DNA of 64,000 nt, from the IMG/VR virus record IMGVR_UViG_3300030620_000001, one strand, 5' to 3'. Both the position numbers and the translations under genes were made by a program. Under the pieces are notes generated by a model. The model searched no databases. It was given only the letters and a program-made list of their open reading frames with translations, and was not told where the DNA came from. The stretch comes from a virus. Of the stretch, positions 1 to 8,670 are shown piece after piece (within the stretch, counting starts at the first letter, position 1; each line of letters starts with the position of its first letter).

Positions 1-795
1 AAGGAGGCAGAAATCACGGGCGAGCAGTGGAGGCGCATCAGCTTCCCGGCGCTTGGTGACGACGGAGCCGCGTTGTGGCCGGAGATGTTCAGTGCGGAAT
101 GGCTGCAGGCCAAGCGCGCCTCCTACTACGCTTCAGGCTACGCTTGGATGTGGGAGGCGCTTTATCAGCAGCAGCCGCCGACGGTGCTGGACAGCGAATT
201 TGATGCGGCATACTTCGACGGCGACGATATCTGGTTCGGTGACTGGCCACCGGAAGACGAGATTCTGTGGCGTGTGCTGGTGCTGGACCCGTCGCTTGGC
301 AAGACCGACAAGAGCGACTATTCCGCGTTCGTGATGCTTGCGCTGCATCAGTCGGGGCGCATGTTCGTGGATGCGGACCTGCAGCGGCGGGATTCTGTGC
401 GGATCGTCCAGGACGGCATCGGGCACTGCCGCACGTTCTTCCCACACGTCTTCGGTTGCGAGTTCAATGGGTTCCAGGAGTTGTTGGGCGTGTTGTGGTG
501 GCCAGAGGCGACGCGGAATGGCGTGCTGCTGCCCGTCAAGGGCATCCACAACCACGACAATAAGCGTGTTCGCATTCGCCGCCTGACCGAATATCTGGCG
601 CAGCGCCGGATAGTATTCCGGTCGCATTCTCCCGGTGTGTCGCTGCTACTGGAGCAACTCAAGTGCTTTCCGTCGCACAAGTACGACGACGGACCCGACG
701 CGCTGGAGATGGGCGTTCGGCTGCTGGAGGATTTGGGCATCCACGGCATGGGCGGATACGACGAGGGTCCGGTTTACGAACAGGTCTACAGCTAA
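1..795 (+). CDS. terL: Terminase large subunit, C-terminal nuclease part (5' end outside window)
   Basis: Frame 1 is open from base 1 (KEAEITGEQW..) into the ORF ending at 795. Motifs LVLDPSLGKTDKSDYSAFVML, DADLQRRD and YDDGPDALEMG resemble the RNaseH-like TerL nuclease domain. A portal-sized gene follows. Confidence 0.8.
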   Translation, partial: KEAEITGEQWRRISFPALGDDGAALWPEMFSAEWLQAKRASYYASGYAWMWEALYQQQPPTVLDSEFDAAYFDGDDIWFGDWPPEDEILWRVLVLDPSLGKTDKSDYSAFVMLALHQSGRMFVDADLQRRDSVRIVQDGIGHCRTFFPHVFGCEFNGFQELLGVLWWPEATRNGVLLPVKGIHNHDNKRVRIRRLTEYLAQRRIVFRSHSPGVSLLLEQLKCFPSHKYDDGPDALEMGVRLLEDLGIHGMGGYDEGPVYEQVYS

Positions 796-1166
796 TGTCC
801 ACCCTCGAATACCAAAACGACACCGTCCAAATCGAGATTCAATCGGACGGTCACATCAATATGATGGACAGTCACTTCGTCGAGTTCATTAAGAAGCTCT
901 ATCGTTTCGACGAACTGGCGAACCTGGCGAGTGTCACGCTGGAGCGGACGGCACCGAATCAATATTTGTATCGCACGACAACAGCGAACGCCGACGAACT
1001 GGAGTACACCATCTACCGCAACGGCGACGCCTTTACTTATTCGCTGACCAGCAACGGCACGATTTGGCAGCCGCATTTGATCGTGCAGAACATTGATCTG
1101 CGGCAGTCCGTGTTTCAACTAATTGTCTACTACGAAGTACATACGCTTGAGGTCACGTATCCATGA
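795..1166 (+). CDS. Hypothetical protein (123 aa) between terminase and portal
   Basis: ATG at 795 overlaps the terL stop (TAATG). Its stop overlaps the next start (ATGA at 1163). The longer track ORF 663..1166 would overlap terL. Confidence 0.5.
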   Translation: MSTLEYQNDTVQIEIQSDGHINMMDSHFVEFIKKLYRFDELANLASVTLERTAPNQYLYRTTTANADELEYTIYRNGDAFTYSLTSNGTIWQPHLIVQNIDLRQSVFQLIVYYEVHTLEVTYP

Positions 1167-2971
1167 CCACCGCCCCCCAAGACCTGGACGCCCTGCGCAA
1201 CGAACTGGCGACCATCGAAACGCGGTTGGCGATCGAGGACGCCAAGGTAAACCTGCACGAGCTCGAGCGCATGGCGGAGTACGGGCGCGTCGTGCTCTGG
1301 GAAACCGGCTGGGGTGAGCGACTGGACCCGTTGGAGTATCTGCAAGACGATCCCACGTTCGGACGCTTCACCTCGCCCATCAGCCGCGCCGACGATCGCA
1401 CCGAGGGTCGCTATCGCCCGGTCTTCGAGACGGAATCCGACCTGCAAATGATTCGCGGGGCGGCACACGTGATGACCACCGGCTTCGACGCCGCCATCAA
1501 CATCCTGACGAACTTGACCAATTACACGATTGCATCCGGGTTCACACACGAGGTCAAGCCCGCGGAGGATGCGCCCGACGAGTTGCCAACTGGCTTGGTC
1601 ACGACCGCGCAAAAGGTGCTCGACACGTTTTTCGACGACAACGACTGGCAAGCGGATTTGGAAGCCGAGATCCATTGGCGCAGCCGCGAGGATGGGGAGT
1701 CGCCGCTAGTGCTCATCCCGCGCGGGTGGCAGACCGAGGTTCAGTTACTGGAACCCGATTGGATTGTGCAGCCCTACGACAGCCGCGACCTGGAAGAGTG
1801 GCTCGACTACATGGGCGCGGATATCGCCGGCGAGCAGGTCTGGCACCTGGGCGTACACGCGACCAGTCGCCGCACGTCTCGGCCGCTGGGCTATCACTGC
1901 GTCTTCGACGGTGCCGGCAGCGACTGGAGCTACTACCCGGCAGAGGATGTGCCGCTGGCAATTCGTCTGCGTACCGGAGTTTTGGAACTGGTCAAGCGCA
2001 ACGTGCCGCGCAATGTCGTGCGTGGGCTGTCGGATTTCTACCCGGTGCTGCAGCGACTGGAGCGGATGCACAAGCTCAGCATCAACGTCGAGACCACCGC
2101 CGCGATTCAAGCCGCCATCGCATTTATCCGCGAGCACTTGCCAACGAAGACCAGTGGTCAGATTTCGGACCTGCGCTCTGCCAACAAGACCGAGACGTAC
2201 CAGAAGCGATTGCCTGACGGCACACAGCGCACGACGTATCGGCAGAAGTACACGCCCGGCACGGTGATTGACACCAACGGCACTAAGTACACGCACGGGC
2301 CGATGGGGCAATCGTCCGCGCCGCAATACCTGGACGTTATTCAATCGGCGCTGCGACTGACCGGTTCGCGGTGGTCGATGCCGGAGTACATGATTAGTGC
2401 CGATGCCTCAAATTCAAATTATTCCAGCACCCTCATTGCCGGCTCGCCATTCGTGCAATGCCGCGAAGCAGACCAGCGTTTCTACGCAAGCCGCTTTCAC
2501 CGCATCGACTGGAAGGTCTTGCGCATCGCCTACGAAGGCGGGCGGTTCTCCGGGTTCGCCGTGTCGTGGGAGCAACTGGAAGCCATGCTCGACGTCGATG
2601 TCACTCCACCTGATATCACGATTGCCAACAAGAGGGAAGATGCGGACATCAAGGCGATCGAGCACGCGGCCGGTGTGCTGTCGGTGCGCACTTGGATCAA
2701 GGAATCGGGCCGCGACGTGGACGAGGAACTCAAGAACATCGCGTCCGAACCAAAGCCTTCATTGTCGCCGCTACCGGTCTCGCCTGCCGGTAGCACTCCT
2801 GCCCTAGCCCCTGGCGCTGCCTACCCGGCGCGTCCAGGGGCGACGGGTGGGGTTGCCACACGAGAGACGCTAATTTCAAACGTTCTGGAAACCATGCTCC
2901 AATCCGCCGACACCCCGGAAGATGTGCGGTCGCTGGTGTCGGACGCTTTGGTGACCGGAGGGGAGTGCTAA
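1163..2971 (+). CDS. Portal protein (inferred from size and position)
   Basis: 602-aa ORF directly after terminase and translationally coupled to it. It is followed by a MuF/gp7-like head morphogenesis gene. No motif was verified by eye. Confidence 0.7.
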   Translation: MTTAPQDLDALRNELATIETRLAIEDAKVNLHELERMAEYGRVVLWETGWGERLDPLEYLQDDPTFGRFTSPISRADDRTEGRYRPVFETESDLQMIRGAAHVMTTGFDAAINILTNLTNYTIASGFTHEVKPAEDAPDELPTGLVTTAQKVLDTFFDDNDWQADLEAEIHWRSREDGESPLVLIPRGWQTEVQLLEPDWIVQPYDSRDLEEWLDYMGADIAGEQVWHLGVHATSRRTSRPLGYHCVFDGAGSDWSYYPAEDVPLAIRLRTGVLELVKRNVPRNVVRGLSDFYPVLQRLERMHKLSINVETTAAIQAAIAFIREHLPTKTSGQISDLRSANKTETYQKRLPDGTQRTTYRQKYTPGTVIDTNGTKYTHGPMGQSSAPQYLDVIQSALRLTGSRWSMPEYMISADASNSNYSSTLIAGSPFVQCREADQRFYASRFHRIDWKVLRIAYEGGRFSGFAVSWEQLEAMLDVDVTPPDITIANKREDADIKAIEHAAGVLSVRTWIKESGRDVDEELKNIASEPKPSLSPLPVSPAGSTPALAPGAAYPARPGATGGVATRETLISNVLETMLQSADTPEDVRSLVSDALVTGGEC

Positions 2972-2977
2972 TAGACA

Positions 2978-3763
2978 ATGGCTGAACTCGCCAACCGCAT
3001 CGACCTGGAAAACGAATTCGCCCGCAAGCTGGCACGGCTCAACGCGCGCCACCGCAAGCAACTGCTGGCGTACTTGGGCAACCCGCCCAACACGGCGAAC
3101 GTGCCCGATTCATTCTGGCAGCAGGTCAAGCAGGACGTGTCCGCTGAGATCGCCGCATTACTGCTGCTGGTGATTGGCGCGTCATCCCGACAACATGGCG
3201 CGTTCCAGTCAGACGCGATTGCACAGCGGCTATCAGGCGGCATGGCGGCGGAATCTGCCGAGTCGATCGTCTCGACCGGCCGCGGTCGCTTACAGACCGC
3301 TTCCACGCGCTGGAGCCAGACGCAACAAGAGGGCGGCATCGTCACGCCCCAGGACGTGGCGGACACGGCGACCAGCATCTTCGGACCCTCCAGGGTCGAA
3401 CAAATCAGCATCTCGGAGGTTTCTCGCGGACAGGAAGCGGGAGCCGCGGCAGGCATCGAAGCGAGCCTGGGCGGCGACGGCGACGCCTTGGGTGGTATTA
3501 CAGGCGATGGGAAGCTGCCTCCGGGCGCAGTGATTGTGCGGGTGTGGTCGCACTCGCAGGTCCGTCCGGCGTTTCATGCGGGGGCTAACTACCAGCCGTG
3601 CCCGATTTGCACGCCGCTACTTGACCAACCTGAAGAAGTGTGGAAGGCGAGGTATCCTGCGGGACCGCCTGGGCACCCGCGCTGCGACTGTTACCTCCGG
3701 TATAGACTGGTGCTACCAGACGGCAAGACGCATGAACTTGGCACTGGAGGCGGGACGCAGTGA
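2978..3763 (+). CDS. Head morphogenesis protein (SPP1 gp7 / Mu F-like)
   Basis: Lies after the portal gene. The C-terminal YQPCPICTPL...GHPRCDCYL Cys/His signature resembles the conserved end of the gp7/MuF family. Confidence 0.7.
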   Translation: MAELANRIDLENEFARKLARLNARHRKQLLAYLGNPPNTANVPDSFWQQVKQDVSAEIAALLLLVIGASSRQHGAFQSDAIAQRLSGGMAAESAESIVSTGRGRLQTASTRWSQTQQEGGIVTPQDVADTATSIFGPSRVEQISISEVSRGQEAGAAAGIEASLGGDGDALGGITGDGKLPPGAVIVRVWSHSQVRPAFHAGANYQPCPICTPLLDQPEEVWKARYPAGPPGHPRCDCYLRYRLVLPDGKTHELGTGGGTQ

Positions 3764-4014
3764 GTGTTTACCACTGGCTAGTTTGCGAGGCGTGCAAAGA
3801 GAAATGCCACTTTACGGCAAGCCATTCTGGCGATAGGTGGTATGGCGACGGCAAGTCTCAGTCGCCGAGGTTCCTTCATCGTCATTCCGCGTGCCTGTCG
3901 CTCGGTGCGGTGAGAATCGTCAGTGAGCATGACCCGATAACAGATGACCACGACGAAAATGGCTTGTGTTCGTTTGACCGCAACTATGAATGGTTTCGCG
4001 AAGTTGACGGTTAA
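3760..4014 (+). CDS. Hypothetical Cys-rich protein (84 aa)
   Basis: GTG start overlaps the upstream stop (GTGA). CxxCxxxC lies near the N-terminus. An antisense ORF 3778..4128 overlaps it. Confidence 0.4.
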   Translation: MSVYHWLVCEACKEKCHFTASHSGDRWYGDGKSQSPRFLHRHSACLSLGAVRIVSEHDPITDDHDENGLCSFDRNYEWFREVDG

Positions 4015-4169
4015 TTCGCACAAAGCAGCCGCGATAAAGTCAGACAATTGAGACTGAGCGAACTCGTATTTGGAGATGTGTTTGCCGTGTGCCGAAGCCG
4101 AAGCGGTAAGACTCCAGAAACATGGCAAGATAAAGATTTAGAATGGCATCTCATGGGGCATGATGGCGA

Positions 4170-4499
4170 GTGGTGCCCACTCTGGACCTATTGACACATT
4201 CCGCGAAACAGAAATGGACAGACCATGAAACTAACAAGACGTCAAGCAATCCTCGGCCTGCAGGCAGTTCGACCGAGAATCTTAGGAGCCCCTGTTTGTT
4301 GACCGCCGAAGACACACCACTCAGCAAGCAAGAGGAAGAATTTCTCTTCAGGCACCGCACGGGTCCGGCGTGCCCGGTGCATGGCCTGCGCATGGTCCAG
4401 AATGGCGGCAAGAAGGGCGACCGGATTACCTACCTGTACTGCCCGGTCGATGGATGCGAGCACTCGCGGAAGCTGGTACGTCCGGCTGTGGCGAGGTAG
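4170..4499 (+). CDS. Hypothetical zinc-ribbon protein
   Basis: CPVHG...(17 aa)...CPVDGCEH motif. It sits in a non-structural island inside the head module and converges on, and overlaps, the 3' end of 4426..4785(-). Confidence 0.35.
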   Translation: MVPTLDLLTHSAKQKWTDHETNKTSSNPRPAGSSTENLRSPCLLTAEDTPLSKQEEEFLFRHRTGPACPVHGLRMVQNGGKKGDRITYLYCPVDGCEHSRKLVRPAVAR

Positions 4500-4785
4500 T
4501 GGTCACATTTGACCGAATTTCAACACTGCCACCGCCGAGTTCCAAATACGCCAGCGGACCATCGATACAGATTGTTAGTGTGCCTCCGTTCACAATTATC
4601 GCCTGACCTTCGACGGCCTTCTTCAGCGTGGCCAACCGCTCGCGAAGCGCATTTACTTCCTCGCACCATTGGCAATACGAATCATCCTCGTCGTACTTGT
4701 CAACAGCCATGCACTCTTGTGGGTGACCGCAATCTAGTAGAGCCATGCACAATTCTCCAGGGCGATGGGCATCTTGAATATTCAT
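4426..4785 (-). CDS. Hypothetical Cys-rich protein (119 aa), reverse-oriented insert in head module
   Basis: Track ORF on the minus strand with a GGAAGGCAGGACGGGCA-ATG leader. Cys pairs (CGHPQEC, CQWC) followed by a coiled-coil-like segment. Confidence 0.4.
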   Translation of the reverse strand: MNIQDAHRPGELCMALLDCGHPQECMAVDKYDEDDSYCQWCEEVNALRERLATLKKAVEGQAIIVNGGTLTICIDGPLAYLELGGGSVEIRSNVTTTSPQPDVPASASARIHRPGSTGR

Positions 4786-4950
4786 TGCCCGTCCTGCCTT
4801 CCGGCAACACGGCGGGTTGCGACGTCGCTCGCGTATGGTCGGAGCCTTTCCATTTCAGCCACACCTCCAGCAAAGATAATCCTACCACATTCCCCGTTCG
4901 CTGTGAAACAACAGTTCCCGCGACCCAAGGTCATGCCGAACAATTAGGGC

Positions 4951-6285
4951 ATGACGACTGCGACTCTGCCCAAAGCGACCGCCCGCAAAAACACGCGCTC
5001 CAATCGCGGACAATCGCCACCGGTGGCGCACTTACTTGAAGTCGCCCGCGGGCACGAGCGCGTCGATCGAGACCAGGGCGTCATCTACGGCGCGAAAATC
5101 GTCGGTCTCACCTCAAAGAACACGGGCAAGGTCATCGGCCTCGACCCGCGCGAATTCAACGGCGCAGTAGACCAGACCTACACCTACTCGCGACAAGCTC
5201 TGGAATCCGCTCGCCCGATGTACGAAGGCGCGCAGATTCGCATCAAGCACCAGCCCACGAAGATCGACAAGACCGGTCGGCGAGTAATGCTGGACCACGA
5301 ATCGCAAGCCTTGCGCGTGGCCGGCGAACTTCGCAACGTCGTGATGCGGGAGGACGGGCTGTACGGCGACATTCATCTACTGAAGTCCCGCGAAGGCGTA
5401 GACATCATCTTGGAGGTTGCCGAGCGGTTCCCGCGCCAAATCGCCCTCTCGCACAACGCCCACGGCAAGCCGGTGCTGCGCAGCGGCCGCGCCGTTATCG
5501 AGGAAATCACCAAGGTCGTGTCGGTCGATATCGTCGATGACGAGCCCGGCACTACCAACGGATTGTTTGAAACCCACGAGGAGCCCGATACCGTGTCGAT
5601 CACGCTCAAAGAAATCATCGAGTCCGCTGCCGCCAAGCACAAGACCCAGGGTGTCGCCGCAACGCTGCTGGAAATGCTCGACGAGATGCCGCCCAAAAAG
5701 ATGGAAGACGAAGAGGTGGAAATGGCGGAAATGGATATCGACGTTCCCGCCGAAGCCAGCACCGACGACCAGGTTGAAGCCGCATTCAAAACGATGGCAA
5801 TGGCCGCGGTTGATGATCCGAATCTTGACGCCTCGGCCACTGGCAAGAAGGTGACTGAAATCCTGAAGGCAAAGGACAAGCTGATGGGCAAAGAAACGAC
5901 CGAAGAGTCGCCCGACGACAAGGGCAAGAAAGCCGAGGCGATCGAGTCCGCCGTCAAAACTCGCAGCGACAACAAAGCCATCAAGGAACTTCAAGAAACT
6001 GTCGCCGCCTTGGAGGCTCGCAACCAGGATTTGGAAGACACCGCCCACGCCCGCCAGTTGATCGAGTCCCTGGACCGCGAACCTACGGACCTGCGCGTTA
6101 ATGCGGTGAAGCGCTGCGAAAGCGATTCCGAGCGCCGCCAGTTGATCGAGGATTGGAGCAAGCGCGAATCAGAACTCGTTCGCGTCGTTCCCCGCCCGCA
6201 CCGCTCCGCACCGCTCATGGAATCCGCCGCGCCCGACAGCAAATTACTTCAGGGCGACGCATTCATTGCCGCCATCAAGGGCTAA
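4951..6285 (+). CDS. Putative prohead protease / scaffolding protein
   Basis: 444 aa, directly upstream of the decoration-like and capsid genes. Globular N-terminal half and an acidic Glu/Asp/Lys-rich coiled-coil-like C-terminal half typical of scaffolds. Family not verified. Confidence 0.55.
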   Translation: MTTATLPKATARKNTRSNRGQSPPVAHLLEVARGHERVDRDQGVIYGAKIVGLTSKNTGKVIGLDPREFNGAVDQTYTYSRQALESARPMYEGAQIRIKHQPTKIDKTGRRVMLDHESQALRVAGELRNVVMREDGLYGDIHLLKSREGVDIILEVAERFPRQIALSHNAHGKPVLRSGRAVIEEITKVVSVDIVDDEPGTTNGLFETHEEPDTVSITLKEIIESAAAKHKTQGVAATLLEMLDEMPPKKMEDEEVEMAEMDIDVPAEASTDDQVEAAFKTMAMAAVDDPNLDASATGKKVTEILKAKDKLMGKETTEESPDDKGKKAEAIESAVKTRSDNKAIKELQETVAALEARNQDLEDTAHARQLIESLDREPTDLRVNAVKRCESDSERRQLIEDWSKRESELVRVVPRPHRSAPLMESAAPDSKLLQGDAFIAAIKG

Positions 6286-6312
6286 CCAGCCGCAACGCAA
6301 GGACTTTGACCC

Positions 6313-7029
6313 ATGCTGCTCCTAGACCGCTTCAACGAGTACGACCTCCGCCGCCAGACCTTCGGAGTCTGGAGCGACTTCGACGAGTTCGTCAGCGCAG
6401 ATAAATTCACCGACACGTCCAGCGACTCGGGCGCAGCCGTTGCCAACATCGACGGCGCTGGCGGTCTGGTCACGCTCACGACCGGAGCCACCGACAACAA
6501 CGAAGTGTATCTGCTTTCGACGAAGGAAATCTTCCTCTTCGCCGACGGCAAGCCTCTGGAAGGCGCGTGCCGGTTGAGCTACACGGAAGCCGCGACCGAT
6601 GACGCCAACGTGGCGTTCGGCTTTATGAACGCGGTCGGTGCGGACTCGATTTTGGACAACGGCGCGGGACTGAAATCGTCCTACTCCGGCGCGACATTCC
6701 ACAAGCGCGACGGAGCCACGGTCTGGCGCGTTGAAACGTCGATCGGCACGACTCGCACGGGCGCCACTGAACTGACCGCATTGACTTCGCTGGACAAGAT
6801 CGCCAAGACGCCCGGCGGAGGAAGTTACCAGTGGCTGGAAATCTCCGTCGTACCGTTTTCGTCCACGCAGGCGCGGGCGGACTTTTTCATCGACAACATT
6901 CACGTTCAGTCCATCATCTTCACGTACACGAGTGCGACCGAAATGAACCTGTTCGTCGCCGCGAAGGCCGGCGACAGCAACAGCGAAGTGATTACCGTCG
7001 ATTACCTCGGCGGCCTGCAGAAACGATAG
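6313..7029 (+). CDS. Putative head decoration / accessory capsid protein
   Basis: 238-aa beta-rich ORF between the scaffold-like gene and the capsid gene, the position lambda gpD occupies. No motif verified. Confidence 0.45.
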   Translation: MLLLDRFNEYDLRRQTFGVWSDFDEFVSADKFTDTSSDSGAAVANIDGAGGLVTLTTGATDNNEVYLLSTKEIFLFADGKPLEGACRLSYTEAATDDANVAFGFMNAVGADSILDNGAGLKSSYSGATFHKRDGATVWRVETSIGTTRTGATELTALTSLDKIAKTPGGGSYQWLEISVVPFSSTQARADFFIDNIHVQSIIFTYTSATEMNLFVAAKAGDSNSEVITVDYLGGLQKR

Positions 7030-7044
7030 ACCACAACGAAAAAA

Positions 7045-7074
7045 CCACCGCCCCGGTTGCCGCCGGGACGGTGG
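7045..7074 (+). terminator. GC-rich hairpin after decoration-like gene (no downstream U-tract)
   Basis: CCACCGCCCCGG-ttgccg-CCGGGACGGTGG gives a 12-bp stem with one mismatch. It is preceded by AAAAAA and not followed by a T-run. Confidence 0.3.
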
Positions 7075-7085
7075 CGTGACAATCC

Positions 7086-7133
7086 GGCGATTCGCCCGAC
7101 CGTCTCAGACGACCGTCAGCATAGCGAATCGCC
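7086..7133 (+). promoter_or_regulatory. Structured leader of the capsid gene (10-bp perfect inverted repeat)
   Basis: GGCGATTCGC (7086-7095) pairs with GCGAATCGCC (7124-7133). A third copy, GATTCGC at 7147-7153, abuts the start codon and could pair alternatively. Confidence 0.3.
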
Positions 7134-7154
7134 CCAACACGGGAAAGATTCGCA

Positions 7155-8342
7155 ATGGATTATTCCGCCATTGGCCGTCAGTATCGGGCCGCTCTCCGGG
7201 ACCGCAATCCGAAGGCATTTGAGAACGGCATCAGGGACGGATTTGCGGCCGGTCACTTGAAGCCGTCAATGTTTTCCATTCGGCGGCTGTTCGAGTCTCT
7301 GGTCGAGAACGCCAGCGAAATCCTCTCGACCTGGGCGCCTGGTAACACGAACCCCGTGTTGCTGAGCGAGGCGGACAACCACTCCCCGCACCACCTGTTG
7401 GAAGCCGGAGCTACGGTCTCGTCCGCGTTCAGTAACATCACTGGCCAGATTGTGTACAACGCCGTGCTGGAAGCCTACCAGGACGAGGCGTTCGTCTTTA
7501 CGCCACTGGTGGCGAATGTACCGACGCAGTTCAACGGCGAGCGCATCCCCGGCGTGACCCGCGCTGGCGACGACTTTGAATCCATCGGTGAAAACCAACC
7601 GTACCCGTATGCCGGCGTCGGCGAGGATTGGATCGACACGCCGCAGACCGTCAAGCGCGGTGAAATCGTGGCGGTCAGTCGCGAAGCTGTCTTCTTTGAC
7701 CGCACTGGATTGGTGTTGGAGCGCTGCAAAGACGCGGGCAACTTCTACGGCTTCAACAAAGAGAAACGCATCATCGACGCCGTGGTCGACGAGAACGTCA
7801 CCACGCATAGATACAACTGGAAGGGCACCAGCTACGCCACTTTCCAATCGACCACGCCTTGGGTGAACGTCCTCACCAACAATTCCCTGGTCGACTGGTC
7901 CGACATCGACGAAGCCGAACGCGTCTTGTCGGAGATTGTCGACCCGCACACCGGCGAGCCGGTTCTCATCACGCCCAAGCACCTGGTTGTCACGCGGCAA
8001 CTCAAGGCAACCGCCCGGCAGATTGTCACGGCGACCCAGGTTCGCAAGGGCGACGGCTCCAGTGCGTCTCAAATCACGATCGGCCTGACGCCGCTGGATA
8101 CCGACTACTCGATCGTCAGTAGCGCGCTGCTTGCCACGCGCATGGCGACGGACACGGATTGGTATATCGGCGACATCGGCAAAGCCGTGAAGTACATGGA
8201 AAACTGGCCGATGCAGTTGACCGAAGCTCCGCCCTCCAGCGAGGTCGAATTCACGCACGACATCGTGAAGCGCTGGAAGGTCAGCGAACGCGGCGCGGCC
8301 GTGGTGGTTGACCCGCGCGGGCTGGTCAAATCGTCCGCGTAA
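7155..8342 (+). CDS. Major capsid protein (inferred)
   Basis: 395 aa, after the scaffold and decoration genes and before the connector genes. Structured leader upstream. Fold not verified. Confidence 0.7.
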   Translation: MDYSAIGRQYRAALRDRNPKAFENGIRDGFAAGHLKPSMFSIRRLFESLVENASEILSTWAPGNTNPVLLSEADNHSPHHLLEAGATVSSAFSNITGQIVYNAVLEAYQDEAFVFTPLVANVPTQFNGERIPGVTRAGDDFESIGENQPYPYAGVGEDWIDTPQTVKRGEIVAVSREAVFFDRTGLVLERCKDAGNFYGFNKEKRIIDAVVDENVTTHRYNWKGTSYATFQSTTPWVNVLTNNSLVDWSDIDEAERVLSEIVDPHTGEPVLITPKHLVVTRQLKATARQIVTATQVRKGDGSSASQITIGLTPLDTDYSIVSSALLATRMATDTDWYIGDIGKAVKYMENWPMQLTEAPPSSEVEFTHDIVKRWKVSERGAAVVVDPRGLVKSSA

Positions 8343-8359
8343 ACCTGACAGAGGAAGCC

Positions 8360-8665
8360 ATGAGCAAAGACAGAGTATCGCCGGTTGCCGACGCACCGCC
8401 TCTTCAAAATCCAGCATCGACCACCGTCAATCTTCCACACGTGGTGCCTGCGCCCGCGGTCAAAGCAGAGTCCGCGCCGGTTGCCGACGCACCCGCGAAA
8501 AAGCCGGGCCTCTGGCAATACCGCGGACCGGGCGGCGTGGTCGAACTCAACACGCTGGAGGCGGTCAAGGATGCGATTCGGGAGCACAACGCGCGGCTCG
8601 AAAAGGGACGCACGAAAACTTACAAGCAACTCGTCACTGACGGGATCATCATCGAGCCAAGGTAA
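8360..8665 (+). CDS. Hypothetical protein (101 aa)
   Basis: GAGGAAG Shine-Dalgarno sequence before the ATG. Pro/Ala-rich N-terminal half. Lies between the capsid gene and the repeat-containing structural gene. Confidence 0.5.
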   Translation: MSKDRVSPVADAPPLQNPASTTVNLPHVVPAPAVKAESAPVADAPAKKPGLWQYRGPGGVVELNTLEAVKDAIREHNARLEKGRTKTYKQLVTDGIIIEPR

Positions 8666-8670
8666 CGACC

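Noticed and set aside
3778-4128. 116-aa minus-strand ORF overlapping 3760..4014
   Set aside because: - It overlaps almost all of a + strand ORF that is translationally coupled to the MuF-like gene.
- It has no Shine-Dalgarno sequence and no motif.
- The non-overlapping part, 4015-4128, could still be real, so this is noted as uncertain.
4226-4303. 25-codon frame beginning MKLTRRQAILGL (looks like a twin-arginine signal peptide)
   Set aside because: - It terminates after 25 codons, so it is too short to be a Tat substrate.
- At most it is a remnant of a decayed gene.
7266-8417. Long minus-strand ORFs antisense to well-supported genes (7266..8417, 18749..19618, 43395..44207, 48520..49968, 54766..55677, 28426..29262)
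   Set aside because: - They are shadow ORFs typical of GC-rich coding sequence.
- Each lies fully inside + strand genes that have recognisable motifs or tight operon structure.
- Their products are Arg/Ser/Ala/Gly-rich, and they lack ribosome-binding sites.
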